Below, piece by piece: positions 40,751 to 54,202 of a stretch of 64,000 nucleotides of DNA. The position numbers were made by a program, and so were the translations under genes. Under the pieces are notes generated by a model. The model searched no databases. It saw only the letters and a program-made list of their open reading frames with translations, and had not been told where the DNA came from. The DNA is from Octopus vulgaris (lineage: Eukaryota): assembly GCA_951406725.2 (NCBI GenBank), contig OX597836.1:31744001-31808000 (forward strand), in the 5' to 3' direction. Each line of letters opens with the position of its first letter. Within the stretch, counting starts at the first letter, position 1.

Positions 40751-40810
40751 TATATTATTATATGATCGAATGTCATACATCCTCTTCCAAGTAAGTTTTA
40801 TATATATATG

Positions 40811-40867
<57 letters not shown>

Positions 40868-41089
40868 CAAAATTAGAAAATGGAGAAACATACTTAAGTA
40901 TGTTTCTCCATTTTCTAATTTTGTATTATTAATTTACGGTAATATTTTTACCCTTGCCCACATAATACAGTAGATGAATTAATTGCACTGCAATTTTTAA
41001 CATTTATGTATTAGTCTTGTTGGGTACCTCTCTAGCAGTATATTGGATATATGTTATCCCATGGTGGGTTGAATTTTCAACCCCTATCT

Positions 41090-41121
<32 letters not shown>

Positions 41122-41629
41122 TTGAGTGATGTTTCTCTGTTACTTTTTTATGTTCCTTAACTCCTCCTCGACCATTGGTGTAAGGACAATGAAAGTCAAA
41201 CCAGCAACTCCCATAATCTCAGGGAATGTCCTAACAGGGTCTCTTTGTTTTAAGGGCCACCTAATTGTGGCCCCACAGACCCCCCCCCCTATTTTTATTG
41301 CATTTTAAACTAAATACATGGCATTGGTGTCCAAACCAGAGTAATAACAATGAATTTCATACCATGAACTTCCAGGGAGAATTGTAAGGAGGCTCAATTT
41401 CTGAAGGGCCACTTAAACAGGGTCCCCAGCATCAGTAATTAGCACATTTGCAGAAATAAGTTTGGGCATTCTAAATACCTTCACATACATTCAAATCGAG
41501 ATAAAGAGTTATAACAGGTACGTTTCAAGTGTGGTAGTGTGCATATTTACATTTTGTAGTTTATGAAACTGATGTCTAGGTGGAAAACTAATCTTGTTCT
41601 GGTTACATATTGGTGCTGAGATAGGTGGG

Positions 41630-42035
41630 ATACTCTTTTACTCTTTACTCTTTTACTTGTTTCAGTCATTTGACTGCGGCCATGCTGGAGCACCGCCTTT
41701 AGTCGAGCAACTCGACTCCGGGACTTATTCTTTTTTTGTAAGCCCAGTACTTATTCTATCGGTCTCTTTTTGCCGAACCGCGAAGTGACGGGGACGTAAA
41801 CACACCAGCATCGGTTGTCAAGCAATGCTAGGGGGACAAACACAGACACACAAACACAGACACATATACATATATACGACAGGCTTCTTTCAGTTTCCGT
41901 CTACCAAATCCACTCACAAGGCTTTGGTCGGCCCGAGGCTATAGCAGAAGACACTTGCCCAAGGTACCACGCAGTGGGACTGAACCCGGAACCATGTGGT
42001 TGGTTAGTAAGCTACTTACCACACAGCCACTCCCA
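41630..42035 (-). mobile_element. Family-A SINE
   Basis: Reverse complement of the consensus. Confidence 0.85.
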
Positions 42036-42189
42036 TGTTTCTTTTTTTTTTTTATTTTATTTTATTCTGACAATGAAAATTTGCAACACTTTCACAGAAT
42101 TATACGTGCTTCCAAACTCACTGTAGTAATTAATTCACTTCATGTCTTTAAACTTGAACCCCCATTCGTACTAAGCAAGTGAAATGTTT

Positions 42190-42325
42190 ACGGAGTGGTT
42201 GGCGTTAGGAAGGGCATCCAGCCGTAGAAACACTGCCAGATCAGACTGGGCCTGATGCAGCCTTCTGGCTTCACAGACCCCAGTTGAACCGTCCAACCCA
42301 TGCTAGCATGGAAAACGGACGCTAA

Positions 42326-42355
<30 letters not shown>
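42190..42355 (+). mobile_element. RTE-tailed SINE/LINE 3' end with (GAT)n tail (family C)
   Basis: gagtggttggcgttaggaagggcatccagc...ccaacccatgctagcatggaaaacggacg-(gat)n. Related copies at about 1290, 11990, 14870, 15670, 29590, 31130, 36535, 37625 and 56140. Confidence 0.8.
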
Positions 42356-42356
<1 letters not shown>

Positions 42357-42762
42357 GGATCATAGCTATCATAATTTTTCCATCACTTCACTCTTTCTGA
42401 AAAAATATCAAAACGAGCTTGAGATAAAATGAATAGATTCCATTTCATCCCAATCTCATTCTAACTTCTATAAAAATCTTTAATGTGGATACTATAACTG
42501 GAACAGGGAAATTAATTTTCTATTTAGACATAAGTGTCATAAACTACAAAATGTAAATATCCACACTACCACACTGTAACCGGAACTGGCCTCACTGACC
42601 CCTACCCACTATTTTTACTGCATTTACATTGCTCCTACCATTATTAATTAAACTATGATACCAGATAATTAATACCTGGAGATACATATACGATGAATGT
42701 GTTTGAGTCCATTACAACACACAAGGGTAGACAGCTGTGGAAGCGGCCTGATAATATATATA

Positions 42763-42817
<55 letters not shown>

Positions 42818-42818
<1 letters not shown>

Positions 42819-43290
42819 TAGTAATTAGGAAGGCAGACAAATCACAGATCCCTTCAGATAGATGGTGCTCAATCTATAAGAAAGGCTAAGGTAGAAACTC
42901 CATAAGATATACCTGGTGTAAGCTATGGACACATTAGAAGTGCAGCAATATCAAAGGAAGGTTAACTGAGAAGATAGTTTTTGTGTGTGGCAATACACAG
43001 GGGCAATAAACACTGAAGATATACAGAAAACAGATTCCGTCACATGCCAAAGGGAAAAACTAGAAGTAGTTGATAGCTTCTGTTACCTAGGTGACAAAGT
43101 CAGTAGTGGGGATGGATGTTCTGATAGCATAGCTGCTTGAATAAGAATAGCCTGGGCAAAGTTCAAAGAGCTCCTACCTCTGCTGGTAACAAAGGGCCTG
43201 TTTCTCAGAGTGAAAGGTAGACTGTACGATGCTTGTGTGTGGACAGCCAGCATGAAAAGCGGACATTAAACGACGATGATGATGATGATA
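42818..43290 (+). mobile_element. RTE-clade LINE relic (RT C-terminal part) fused to its (GAT)n tail
   Basis: EKLEVVDSFCYLGDKVSSG...IRIAWAKFKELLPLLVTKGL.LRVKGRLYDACV, then gcatgaaaagcggacattaaacgacgatgatgat. Confidence 0.85.
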
Positions 43291-43300
43291 ACTGAAAAGA

Positions 43301-43596
43301 TTGGAATCAACAAGGAGGATGGTTGAATTTTTTTTTTTAATCACTACAATTGTTTCCGCGCAGTGTAATTCTCCAGGCATGCTGGTAGTTGATTATGCAA
43401 CTGTTTCCCTGCATTGTGAGATCTAGTTGTATTTCCTCAGGAAGAATATCACCTGATGAAATGCATCTAGATCTGATAATGCAAAGAAACAGTTGCATAA
43501 TCAACTATAAGCATGCCTGGAGAATTACAATGCGTGGAAACGATTGTAGTGATTAAAAAATAAATATTCAACTGTACTCCTTCTTGTTGATTCCAA
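43301..43596. repeat. About 300-bp quasi-palindrome (about 140-bp arms, 10-nt loop)
   Basis: ttggaatcaacaag...tttcctcagg / cctgatgaaa...cttgttgattccaa. Confidence 0.85.
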
Positions 43597-44001
43597 CTTT
43601 ACATATATCTATTCTCACATGACAGATTGTTGACATGTGGGATTCGTGCATGAAAAAGTGATGGAAAATAAACAAACTACATCAGTTTAAATATAACTGA
43701 GACATTTTTGAACTGATTTAGAATTTGTTTACACACACACACACAAACATAAATATTGCTCTTACATTATATCACTCCTCAAAATCCTTAAAGTGCAAAC
43801 TACATTAAAGTGACATTAAAATGTTTATTTTTAATAATTCTTGCATCTTCAGATATTTCATTCGAATGGGAAGTAAGCAACAAAACTGAAAGCTTGGAAG
43901 TAAGTGCCTCGAAGAATTCTTCTCTGTTTCAACAATGTTTATTGTATGCTTGGCAATTATATTAACAGACAGTAATTGTAGAATTACTGACACTTGAACG
44001 A

Positions 44002-44066
44002 TCTCTCTAGATCTCTCCCTCTCCTTCTCTCTCTCACTCTCTCTCTCTCTAGCTCTCTCTCTCTCT

Positions 44067-44101
<35 letters not shown>

Positions 44102-44505
44102 GCTCTCTCTCTCTCTCTAGCTCTCTCTCTCTCTCTAGCTCTCTCTCTCTCTCTATCTCTCACTCTGTATAGCTCTCTCTCTGTCTCTAGCTCCCCCTCT
44201 CTCTCCCAAGCTCCCTCTCTCTCTAGCTCTCTCTCTCTCTCTCTAGCTCTCACTCTCTCTCTCTAGCTCTCACTCTCTCTCTCTTGCTCTCACTCTCTCT
44301 CTAGCTCTCTCTCCCTCTCTCTTTCTAGCTCTCTCTCTCTCTCTAGCTCTCACTCTCTCTCTAGTTCTCTCTCTCACTAGCTCTCTCTCCCTCTCTCTCT
44401 CTTTCTAGCTCTCTCTCTAGCTCTTTCTCTCTCTAGCTCTCACTCCCTCTCTCTCTAGCTTTCTCCCTCTCTTTCTCTCTCTCTAGCTCTCTCTCCCTCT
44501 CTCTT
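44002..44505. repeat. (CT)n tract punctuated by AG (ctagctctctct units)
   Basis: Direct reading. Confidence 0.95.
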
Positions 44506-44599
44506 TCAGTGTGTGTATATAACCAAAGGAGAAGATGAATAAAAGGAAGACAATATCATATATTTATCAAAATATACTACTGGTTTTAATTGTTTAAGC

Positions 44600-45011
44600 C
44601 ATAGGTTCTCAAAGTGGGTGCTACTGCTACTCCTCCAATGAATGTCAAGATGGTTCAGGTGGGCGCTGGTGCCTAAGGGGCGGTGGGTGGGTAGGAAAAA
44701 AGAAGGCATTGGGAAGAAGGCAATGGATTGGGGGGACACAATGAATTTATTATAATATTACTATATTATTGTATACAAATTATATATTATATTAAATATC
44801 AAATGATTCATAGTATATATAAATTAGTAAATACAAAGTATTTATAGGCGCAGGAGTGGCTGTGTGGTAAGTAGTTTGCTTACCAACCACATGGTTCCAG
44901 GTTCAGTCCCACTGTGTGGTACCTTCGTCGAGTGTCTTCTACTATAGCCTCAGGCCAACCAGAGCCTTGTGAGTGGATTTGGTAGACAGAAACTGAAAGA
45001 AGGCCGTCGTA

Positions 45012-45076
<65 letters not shown>

Positions 45077-45358
45077 GTGTATATGTTTGTGTGTCTGTGT
45101 TTGTCCCACCAACATCACTTGACAACCAATGCTGGTGTGTTTACGTCCCTGTCACTTAGCGGCTCGGCAAGAGAGACTGATAGAATAAGTACTAGGCTTA
45201 CAAAGAATAAGTCCTGGTGTTGATTTGCTCGACAAAAGGCGGTCAAATGACTGAAACAAATAGAAGAATAAAAGAATATCTATTTATGCATAAAAATAGG
45301 GGTGGGGGCGCTGAGGGCCATGAGGTGGGCAGTGGCCCAAAATGTTTGAGAACCTCTG
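44600..45358. mobile_element. Non-autonomous hAT element
   Basis: TIRs cataggttctcaaa / tttgagaacctctg; 8-bp TSD gtttaagc at 44592-44599 and 45359-45366. Confidence 0.8.
44846..45277 (+). mobile_element. Family-A SINE nested in a hAT MITE
   Basis: Matches the consensus. Confidence 0.85.
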
Positions 45359-45524
45359 GTTTAAGCTAACTTAGTGACAGTAGGGAAAATAAATTGAATC
45401 AAAGTAAATTAATGTTTTGTGACGGCTGTTTTGGAGGTTTTCATGTTTCTATTGCAAAATTCACATGATTGTAATTGGTGGTGTTTTTCTGAAAAAAGCT
45501 GCTGGGTCATAATAGCAGTTACTC

Positions 45525-45778
45525 TATCTTGTTTCAGTCATTTGACTGAGGCCATGCTGGAGCATCGCCTTTTGTCGAGCAAATCGACCCCAGGATTTAT
45601 TCTTTGTAAGCCTAGTACTTATTCTATCGGTCTCTTTTGCTGAACTGTTAAGTTACCGGGGTGTAAACACACCAGCAAGCAATGGTGGGGGAACAAACAC
45701 AGACACAAACAAAAACACACACATATACATACATATATATATATATATATCATCATCATCATCATCGTTTAACGTCCG

Positions 45779-45813
<35 letters not shown>

Positions 45814-45985
45814 TATAATACGACAGGCTTCTTTCAGTTTCTGTCTACCAAATCCACTCACAAGGCATTGGTCAGCCTGAGGCTATAGGAGAAGACACTT
45901 GCCCAAGGTACCATGCAGTGGGACTGAACCCGGAACCATGTGGTTGGTAAACAAGCTACTTACCACACAACCACTCCTGCACCTA
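45525..45985 (-). mobile_element. Family-A SINE
   Basis: Reverse complement of the consensus. Confidence 0.85.
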
Positions 45986-46767
45986 TAAAAAATGTGCCAA
46001 CCACCGGATGCCGAAACCCAGGATCAAACCAGGGACCTTTAGTTATAATATTTGTTTTTTTTTTTTTTGCAGTGGTAGCATGTTTTATTTGAAGATAGTT
46101 TCATAAATGTTGGTATCTGTTCATATTCGAATTCATTAAAGAGCAATAACAGAGTAACAAGAGAGAAGAGAGATGGGAAAGGAAAGAAAAGTAAAAAGAA
46201 AAATGTTGGGGGGGATATGGGGTAAAGCAGTAGAAGATGGAGTGGAGTAGGGTGCTCAACTACACACTTCAGTAATGCTTGTGACGGCATTGCCACAGAG
46301 AATGGCCAGTAACACTTGCTGCAATAGTTGCACCACCTTGCAGAGCTTACTTCTCCAATAGGCCACCGTTATCCCTATCTTATGAAGGAAAATGGTAGTA
46401 CAGAGTCTTAAATCACCAGATGTCTCAACAACAACTAGCAGAAACTGATAGCAGCTGGCCAGGCTCCTGTGTTTATTTGTATTTATTGATTTCTACTCCT
46501 TCACATTACAGGTGGCAACACCAGGGTGTGCAGTAGATGCTGCCAGGTTTCTTGCTGGAAATGTTGATATTAAGGAGTGGTGCTTAATGGTGGTGGAGTT
46601 AGTAGTAGCAGCAATTGTAGTGGCTGTATCAGTCTCACTAGTTTAAGCAAGTTATGTAAATTCATGTAGCATCAAATATGTCAGGAATGGTCATTAAAAC
46701 TGTAGATAAGAATTTTCCCACTTCTAGCAGATATAGTAAAGATATCTAATAAACATACTGTTGTCTA

Positions 46768-46926
46768 AAGGCACAGGCATGGCTGTGTGGTAAGGAGCTT
46801 GCTTCCTAACCACATGGTTCTGGGTTCAGCCCCACTGCGTAGCACCTTGGGCAAGTGTCTTCTACTATAGCAGCCGACCAAATTCTTGTGAGTGGATTTG
46901 GTAGATGGGGACTGAAAGAAGCCTTT

Positions 46927-47006
<80 letters not shown>

Positions 47007-47180
47007 TGTATTTGTCCCCCGCCCCACCATTGCTTGACAACTGATGTTGGTGTTTCTAAATTCTTGTAAATTAGCAATTTGGCAAAAGAGAATAAGCTCT
47101 AGGTTTCCAAAGAATAAATCCTGGGGCCAATTTGTTTGACTAAATGACTGAAACAAGTAAATGAATAAAAGAATAAAAGA
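46768..47180 (+). mobile_element. Family-A SINE (diverged)
   Basis: Matches the consensus with deletions. Confidence 0.8.
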
Positions 47181-47714
47181 ATAGTGTGAAATTCGCATAT
47201 TCCACTACACTTAATGTAGCAGATGTTATAATGACTAACAACATGAAAAAAAATGGAATGCCTTCAGAATGAAGGAATATACAAGTACTCATTCTGAAAC
47301 TTTTGAACAAATGTACACATAATATACATATACACATTATGCATACATATACATGTATACATATAAGTACATACACTTAACACACACACGCAAACACCCA
47401 CACACAAATACACATACACACACATACACACAATATTTCTATGCGTTTGTTGTATGACAGACTGGTAGATTTATTTCCCAGCATTTTCTTTGTTCCAGTT
47501 CTATAGCTGTTTCCATTATCCGTCTGAAAACTTTGTCAGCTATATAGTAATTGCATAATTAATTGCTGTTATTAAATTAATTTAGTTGAATGTGATGTGG
47601 ATGTTTTTGAAATATGAAAGTGGTATCACCATTTCTGTTATAAACATAACAAAAGAGCATATATATAAAAAATAGGTATAATAATAAAATATATACTGAG
47701 TTATATATAATAGC

Positions 47715-48435
47715 AGTACTAAACCATGGCTCTCATGGCTTCTGATCTTAACTGATTGGAAGTGTTATCATGTACATTGTTTTGTCTTGGTATAAAAGAT
47801 GGGCTACAGCAAATATTTTGCTCAATACCACAGATTTGCTTGTCAGTATTTTGACCATAACCAGTTGAGCAAGTCCCTTAGTGGCTGACAATATGTGCAT
47901 TTCTGATCACGAGCAAAAGTAGTGGGGGAACATCATAGCCATGGGTTCTTTGGAGTTTGAATAATTCATCTCTGGAAACATGGGTGTTTCATTCAATATC
48001 CTTAAACAAGCCTTATTCAGGGACCTTTTGAGCAGGATGGGCTACTCAACCTGAAGAAAATTCTAACTGGGCTCCACCTGCAAGGTCATGCACTGATTAT
48101 CTTGATGTCAGATCACCATGTCACACATGTATGGCTGTGATGCACGTGCCTGGTGCACCGTCATCAGATGGGTAGTCATAATGAATATATTGGGCTTTGT
48201 ATATTTGTACCACAGTGTCACTTTGATGGCATGATGATAACCACAACAACAACAACAAAAATAATAATAATAAATGTCCTGATGTAGTAGCAGGCAGTGG
48301 CTCTCATGGCTTCTCATCTTAACTGATTGGAAGTGTTATCATGTACATGTTTTGTCTTGGTATAAAAGATGGGCTACAGCAAATATTCTGCCCAATACCA
48401 CAGATTTGCTTGTCAGTTGTTTGACCTTAACCAGT
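47715..48435. mobile_element. Additional SINE-like family, one long plus one partial tandem copy
   Basis: tggctctcatggcttct..atcttaactgattggaag at 47727 and 48298; 47940-48235 is the reverse complement of 37265-37570. Confidence 0.7.
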
Positions 48436-48614
48436 GTATTCAAGGAGAAAGACAGACTTATTACAAAAGTTTCTCATATTGCTATAAATCATTAAGTGCC
48501 ACGTCAGCGATATATATATATATATGTATATATATATACATATATATATATATATTTTTTTTTTTTTGTACTTGTTTCAGTCATTTGACTGCGGCCATGC
48601 TGGAGCACCGCCTT

Positions 48615-48785
48615 TAGAGTGGTGAAAGAGTACAGCAGGGATCACCACCATCCCCAGCCGGAGCCTCGTGGAGCTTTTAGGTGTTTTCGCTCAATAAACA
48701 CACACAACACCTGGTCTGGGAATCGAAACCGCGATCCTCCGACCGCAAGTCCGCTGCCCTAACCACTGGGCCATTGCGCCTCCAC
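48615..48785 (-). mobile_element. tRNA(Arg)-derived SINE, truncated and fused to a family-A tail
   Basis: Head identical to the 5943 family; joins aaggcggtgctccagcatgg. Confidence 0.75.
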
Positions 48786-48811
48786 ATATATATGTATATA
48801 TATGTTGTATA

Positions 48812-48872
<61 letters not shown>

Positions 48873-49024
48873 ATACACTGTACATTTAAACACATAAGAG
48901 GTATCCGTCATAGGATTCCTGGCATGCTAGAAGGAATAGCCAAAATCCAAACCACTATTAGGGATAAACTTCAAAGTCTTCAGTCTTTGCTTTCTTTCTG
49001 TTTGCATGTATGTATATATGTATG

Positions 49025-49151
<127 letters not shown>

Positions 49152-49330
49152 AAAGTAGATAAATGGTACAACAAGGCACCAATGTTTACTGGAAAATAGC
49201 AATCGATATAAATACGACTCTATTGTATAGCTTCACTGTGTATATACTAGCAAAGATGTGTGTGTGCAACAAATATGAAAAAAATTTGTCTTACCTCTAG
49301 GAAGAACATTTGATAAATGGACAACCTAGA

Positions 49331-49387
<57 letters not shown>

Positions 49388-49545
49388 CATATATATATAT
49401 ATATTGTATACAAACCCAAGCTGTTATATTTGATTTGTTTGCCTGCATAATATATGAATGTACATATACAGATGACACACACAGACACGCAGACGAAAAC
49501 TGCATACATAGACAAACATATAATTCAGTAGAAACATACACAGAC

Positions 49546-49932
49546 AGGCGCAGGAGTGGCTGTGTGGTAAGTAGCTTGCTTACCAACCACATGGTTCCGG
49601 GTTCAGTCCCACTGCGAGGCATCTTGGGCAAGTGTTTTCTGCTATAGTCCCGGGCCGACCAATGCCTTGTGAGTGGATTTGGTAGACGGAAACTGAAAGA
49701 AGCCTGTCGTATATATGTTTATGTATATATATATGTATGTGTGTGCGTGTATGTTTGTGTGTCTGTGTTTGTCCCCCCTAGCATTACTTGACAACCGATG
49801 CTGGTGTGTTTACGTCGCCGTCACTTAGCGGTTCGGCAAAAGAGACCGATAGAATAAGTACTGGGCTTACAAAGAATAAGCATGGCCGCAGTCAAATGAC
49901 TGAAACAATTAAAAGAGTAAAGAGTAAAAGAG
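49546..49932 (+). mobile_element. Family-A SINE
   Basis: Matches the consensus. Confidence 0.85.
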
Positions 49933-51666
49933 AGGGACACACACACACATGTGTACATACACATACACACCTTTAAATGTGTATGACCCTTTAAATGTGT
50001 ATGACCCTTTAAATGAGCAATAATCAATTATTGCAAAGTTACTTTCAGACTTACCCTTCTTCTTACACAGACTATGTGTGATGTTACTATTTGATTTAGA
50101 GACTTTAATAGACTTGCAGCTGTCTGGAGACTCAAAAGTTTGAAGATTTACATTAGGAAAATTACACGACTAGAGCTTAAGAATGATTGGTAATTTGACT
50201 GATCAACTGTCTTTTCTTTTAATGATGATTTATACTTGTCTTTTTCTCTGTTTAGGTTACAACAAAACTTGTTTAAGTGAGTTTTATATCATTTAAGTTA
50301 CAGTTAGATATATATTATTCAAAACTTTGCTCTCATATTTCTTTTCCTTGATGTCACTCTAAATTTAAATTGTCTGTTATAAACCTAGTAAAACTTTACA
50401 CTATATAAGTAATAAATCTAACCATCCTAAAGCTATAATGAATTGAATTATCTAGTCAGAAACCTCTTATTTCCTGTTGAGATGTGCCAAATTTACTGAA
50501 GCAATGTGATTTACAAAAAATACAAATCCCATCTTTTTGGTAGATATCTAACATCATTACTGAGAGACTTACCAGGAAATTTAATTTTACAGTGAAAAAG
50601 TTAAGGGATCTTGTCAAACCTGTGATCAGAGGCATTCCAACCATGACTGTCCTGTATTTTTTCCAGATACACTGAATTCAGAACCACATTATCCAATATC
50701 TCCGACTTTTATTTTAATGCTTTTACTGTGGAAATCAGATATTTCCACTCAAAATTTCATTACCCTCAACTGTGGAAGGTAGTTTTTTTATGCCAATCTA
50801 TCTTTTGTTGAGGAATGTCATGTTTGAAACGCTTTTTATTGAGATACATCAGTTTTACTGAGACAGTGTAACTTGCAGAAAATAGCAATTCTATTTTTTT
50901 AGAAGACTTTTAACATCATTATTGGAATGAGCATGAAATTTAATTTCACAGGTAAAGGGTTAAATTAAGAGAAAGGAAAAAAAAAAGAACCACAAGATTT
51001 TTATTGATTGCTGATAGTAAAATTCTTCAAATTTTTCTAATTACCCAAAATGAAACAATGATGGCATTAATATTAAAGAAATGACAGACAATAAATTAAG
51101 CAATAATAATACTAACGAGAGAAAAAAAGACTAACGATAAAGTATCTGTGAATGCAGGATAATACAAATGTGATATATTTAAACTTATTTTATATTTTTC
51201 TTTTATAATTAATTAATTAATCGCTTTAATCAATCTGGTTTTATTTTAATCCATCATTTTAATTTGTTACATTTGGTTTCCCATTTATTTTTTCATATTT
51301 AGTTTTAAATTTATTCTGAAATTTATGTGTGCTCAAATATGAAATATTTACGTTTATATTGGTTTGTTTGTCTTAGTTGTCTATACATTTGTGTGTATAT
51401 GTGGTATATGTATATGTATGTGCATGTGTGTGTGTGTGTATTCTTTTATTCTTTTACTTGTTTCAGTCGTTTAACTGCAGCCATGCTGGAGCACTGCTTT
51501 AAAGGATGTTAGTCGAAGAAATCGCCCCCCAGGACTTATTCTTTGTAAGCCTAGCACCTATTCTATCTGTGTCTTTTGCTGAACCAGAACACACCACCAT
51601 TGGTTGTCAAGTGATAGTGGGATGATAGACACAGACACACACAAATATATAGACAAACACACACAC

Positions 51667-51696
<30 letters not shown>

Positions 51697-51697
<1 letters not shown>

Positions 51698-51824
51698 CTT
51701 TATTTAAAGCAGCAGAAAATTCTACAAAACCTGTCACTCTGAGTTTCGCGTTGCCGTTCATCGGACAGGTATTTGAGTACTCTTTTTTTCCACCTTGTTT
51801 CACATTTATGTGTTTACTCCGGTA
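51697..51824 (-). mobile_element. Short (TA)n-embedded element with HHR motif (51729-51770)
   Basis: Minus strand reads acctgt-CCGATGA-a-cg-GCAA-cg-c-GAAA-ct-cag-agtg-acaggt. Homologous to 60881-61020. Confidence 0.55.
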
Positions 51825-52428
51825 TATATATATATATATATATATATAAATATAGGGATGGTATTATTAAAATACCATCACAAGTGGTAAGCGAATTATC
51901 AGCCGTAAAGGCAAATTAATAAAATATATTCATACAATATTAGATATGTACATATATACACAAGGGTACTACATGAGTACCTATATCGCCAATGATAGAA
52001 GTCAAAAAATACTTCTGTACCACCGAAAAGTCACAAATCTATTACAGACAAGATAGGCAAAAATATCAGTGAACAATAATAATGTCTTACCTCAAATGGG
52101 TCAGAACAAGTAAATGCTAGTCAACATGGTACCGGTTTCGAAATTTAGCACCATGCTACCTCCCATGATCTCAACACAACCCTGGTTTGGGTGTTTTCCA
52201 GGTTCTAGGTCTGGCCAAGGGGCCCCACATGTGACTTGGTTCAAGGTTGTTTGTTCTCAGTTGACCTTCATTCATATGCTAATTTAATCCAGAGCTGGTA
52301 TCCTGACCATTGTTACTACTCCAGGCCAGAAAAAAAACTTAGAAACAATAGTATCTAAGAAGTGGTTCCACAATCCTGGAAAACACTGAAACTCCTGAAC
52401 GAGGGCCCCACTACTGGATGTAGCTTAA

Positions 52429-52639
52429 CCTTGTAGCATTCAGATTATTGTCAAATGCTTATTTATTCACATTGTTTTCAATTAATCATACAATATCTTG
52501 TAGCTTCGAAATTTTGATGACAAGATTGTTTTTAGAATGGCATTGTAGGGTAAGATGTGAGAGGTCTCATATGGCCAGTTTGAACATAAAACAGACAGAA
52601 TTTTGGGGCCATATATAACTGGTTTAAATGCTAAAAGGG
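52429..52639. mobile_element. TTAA-flanked piggyBac-like MITE
   Basis: ttaa|ccttgtagcatt ... aatgctaaaaggg|ttaa; related fragments at about 55020-55225 and 61895-62030. Confidence 0.65.
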
Positions 52640-53082
52640 TTAAAGCCATGCTCAGTATTTCAAATTGTTTTGACTAAATCAAGTAATTTCGATGCTAAAT
52701 TGAACAACTCATAAACTATTTTCATTAACCTAATTGATTCTTTCAGAACAGAAAAAGAAAGGAAAAAATTCACAAGGCATAAAGGCCTTTAATCAAAGCA
52801 AATAAATAAATAAATAAATAATTAATAGCTTCTGTTCTTTAACGATGGAGATGTCAAACTTAAACAGCAAACTGAAAACCACTCACTTCATTTAGTTAAA
52901 GTGAATTGTTAAATACCTTCTTTTAATTTAAATGAAACAGAGAAGTTAATAAAATGTGATTCAGTAGAATTAATGCATTGCTCATTTTTTTCATTCATAG
53001 CAGGACCTTTCTTCACTAAATTTTATTATTAATTTCAAAATTATTGAAATTAATTATTCTTTCAAAATATTAATCTATGATG

Positions 53083-53135
<53 letters not shown>

Positions 53136-53166
53136 GCACGCACACACAAAAATTTGACCAACATAA

Positions 53167-53229
<63 letters not shown>

Positions 53230-53507
53230 CATATATTTCTTGTCCAACATCATTGCAAAGGAAGAAGAAACAAGACTTTGGTCAACCTGGGGCTATAGTA
53301 GAAGATAATTACCCAAGGTGCTACACAGTGGAATTGAACTCAGAATCATGCGGCTGGGAAGCAAGCTTCTTACCACACACCCATGTCTGCACCTAAAAAT
53401 TTCTTTGAACCCCACCCCTTCACTTTATTGTTGAGAAAGGAAACTTTACCTCCTTATGTTTCTTCTTCCTTTGCAATGATGTTGGACAAGAAAGAAGCCC
53501 GTCGTAC

Positions 53508-53559
<52 letters not shown>

Positions 53560-53856
53560 GTGTGTGTATATGTTTGTGTGTCTGTGTTTGTCCTCCCAAC
53601 ATTGCTTGACAACCAATGCTAGTGTGTTTACGTTCCCTTAACTTAGCAGTTTGGCAAAAGAGACCAATAGAATAAGTACTAGGGTTACAAAGAATAAGTT
53701 CTGGGATCGATTTGCTCGACTAAAAGTGGTGCTCCAGCATGGCCGCAATCAAATGACTGAAACAAGTAAAAGAATAAAAGAATAAAAGAGTACACATACA
53801 CACTCACACACATACACACACATACACACACACACACGTGTATATATATATAAAAA

Positions 53857-54163
53857 CGCAGCCCTTTAAAAGCCTAGCCAGGCTCATGGGCCCAGTTTCC
53901 CGGTTTCTGTGGCGTATGTGTTCCTCCCAGCTGGACGGGACGCCAGTCCATTGCAGCATTACTCAAGAAACAGGAAGAGAGAGTGAGAGAAAGTTGGGGC
54001 GAGAGAGTACAACAGGGGTCACCACCACCCTCTGCTGGAGCCTCGTGGAGCTTTTTTATGCGTTTTCGCTCAATAAACACACACAACCCCTGGTCTGGGG
54101 ATCGAAACCATGATCCTCCGACCATGAGTCTGCTACCCTAACCACTGGGCCATTGCGCCTCCA
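53857..54163 (-). mobile_element. tRNA(Arg)-derived SINE, tail type 3
   Basis: Same head; tail ...ccagctgggaggaacacatacgccacagaaaccgggaaactgggcccatgagcctggctagg. Confidence 0.85.
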
Positions 54164-54165
54164 TG

Positions 54166-54202
<37 letters not shown>

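Noticed and set aside
52120-52160. GAAACCGGTA hammerhead-like half motif on the minus strand
   Set aside because: No upstream CTGANGA or stem II was found.
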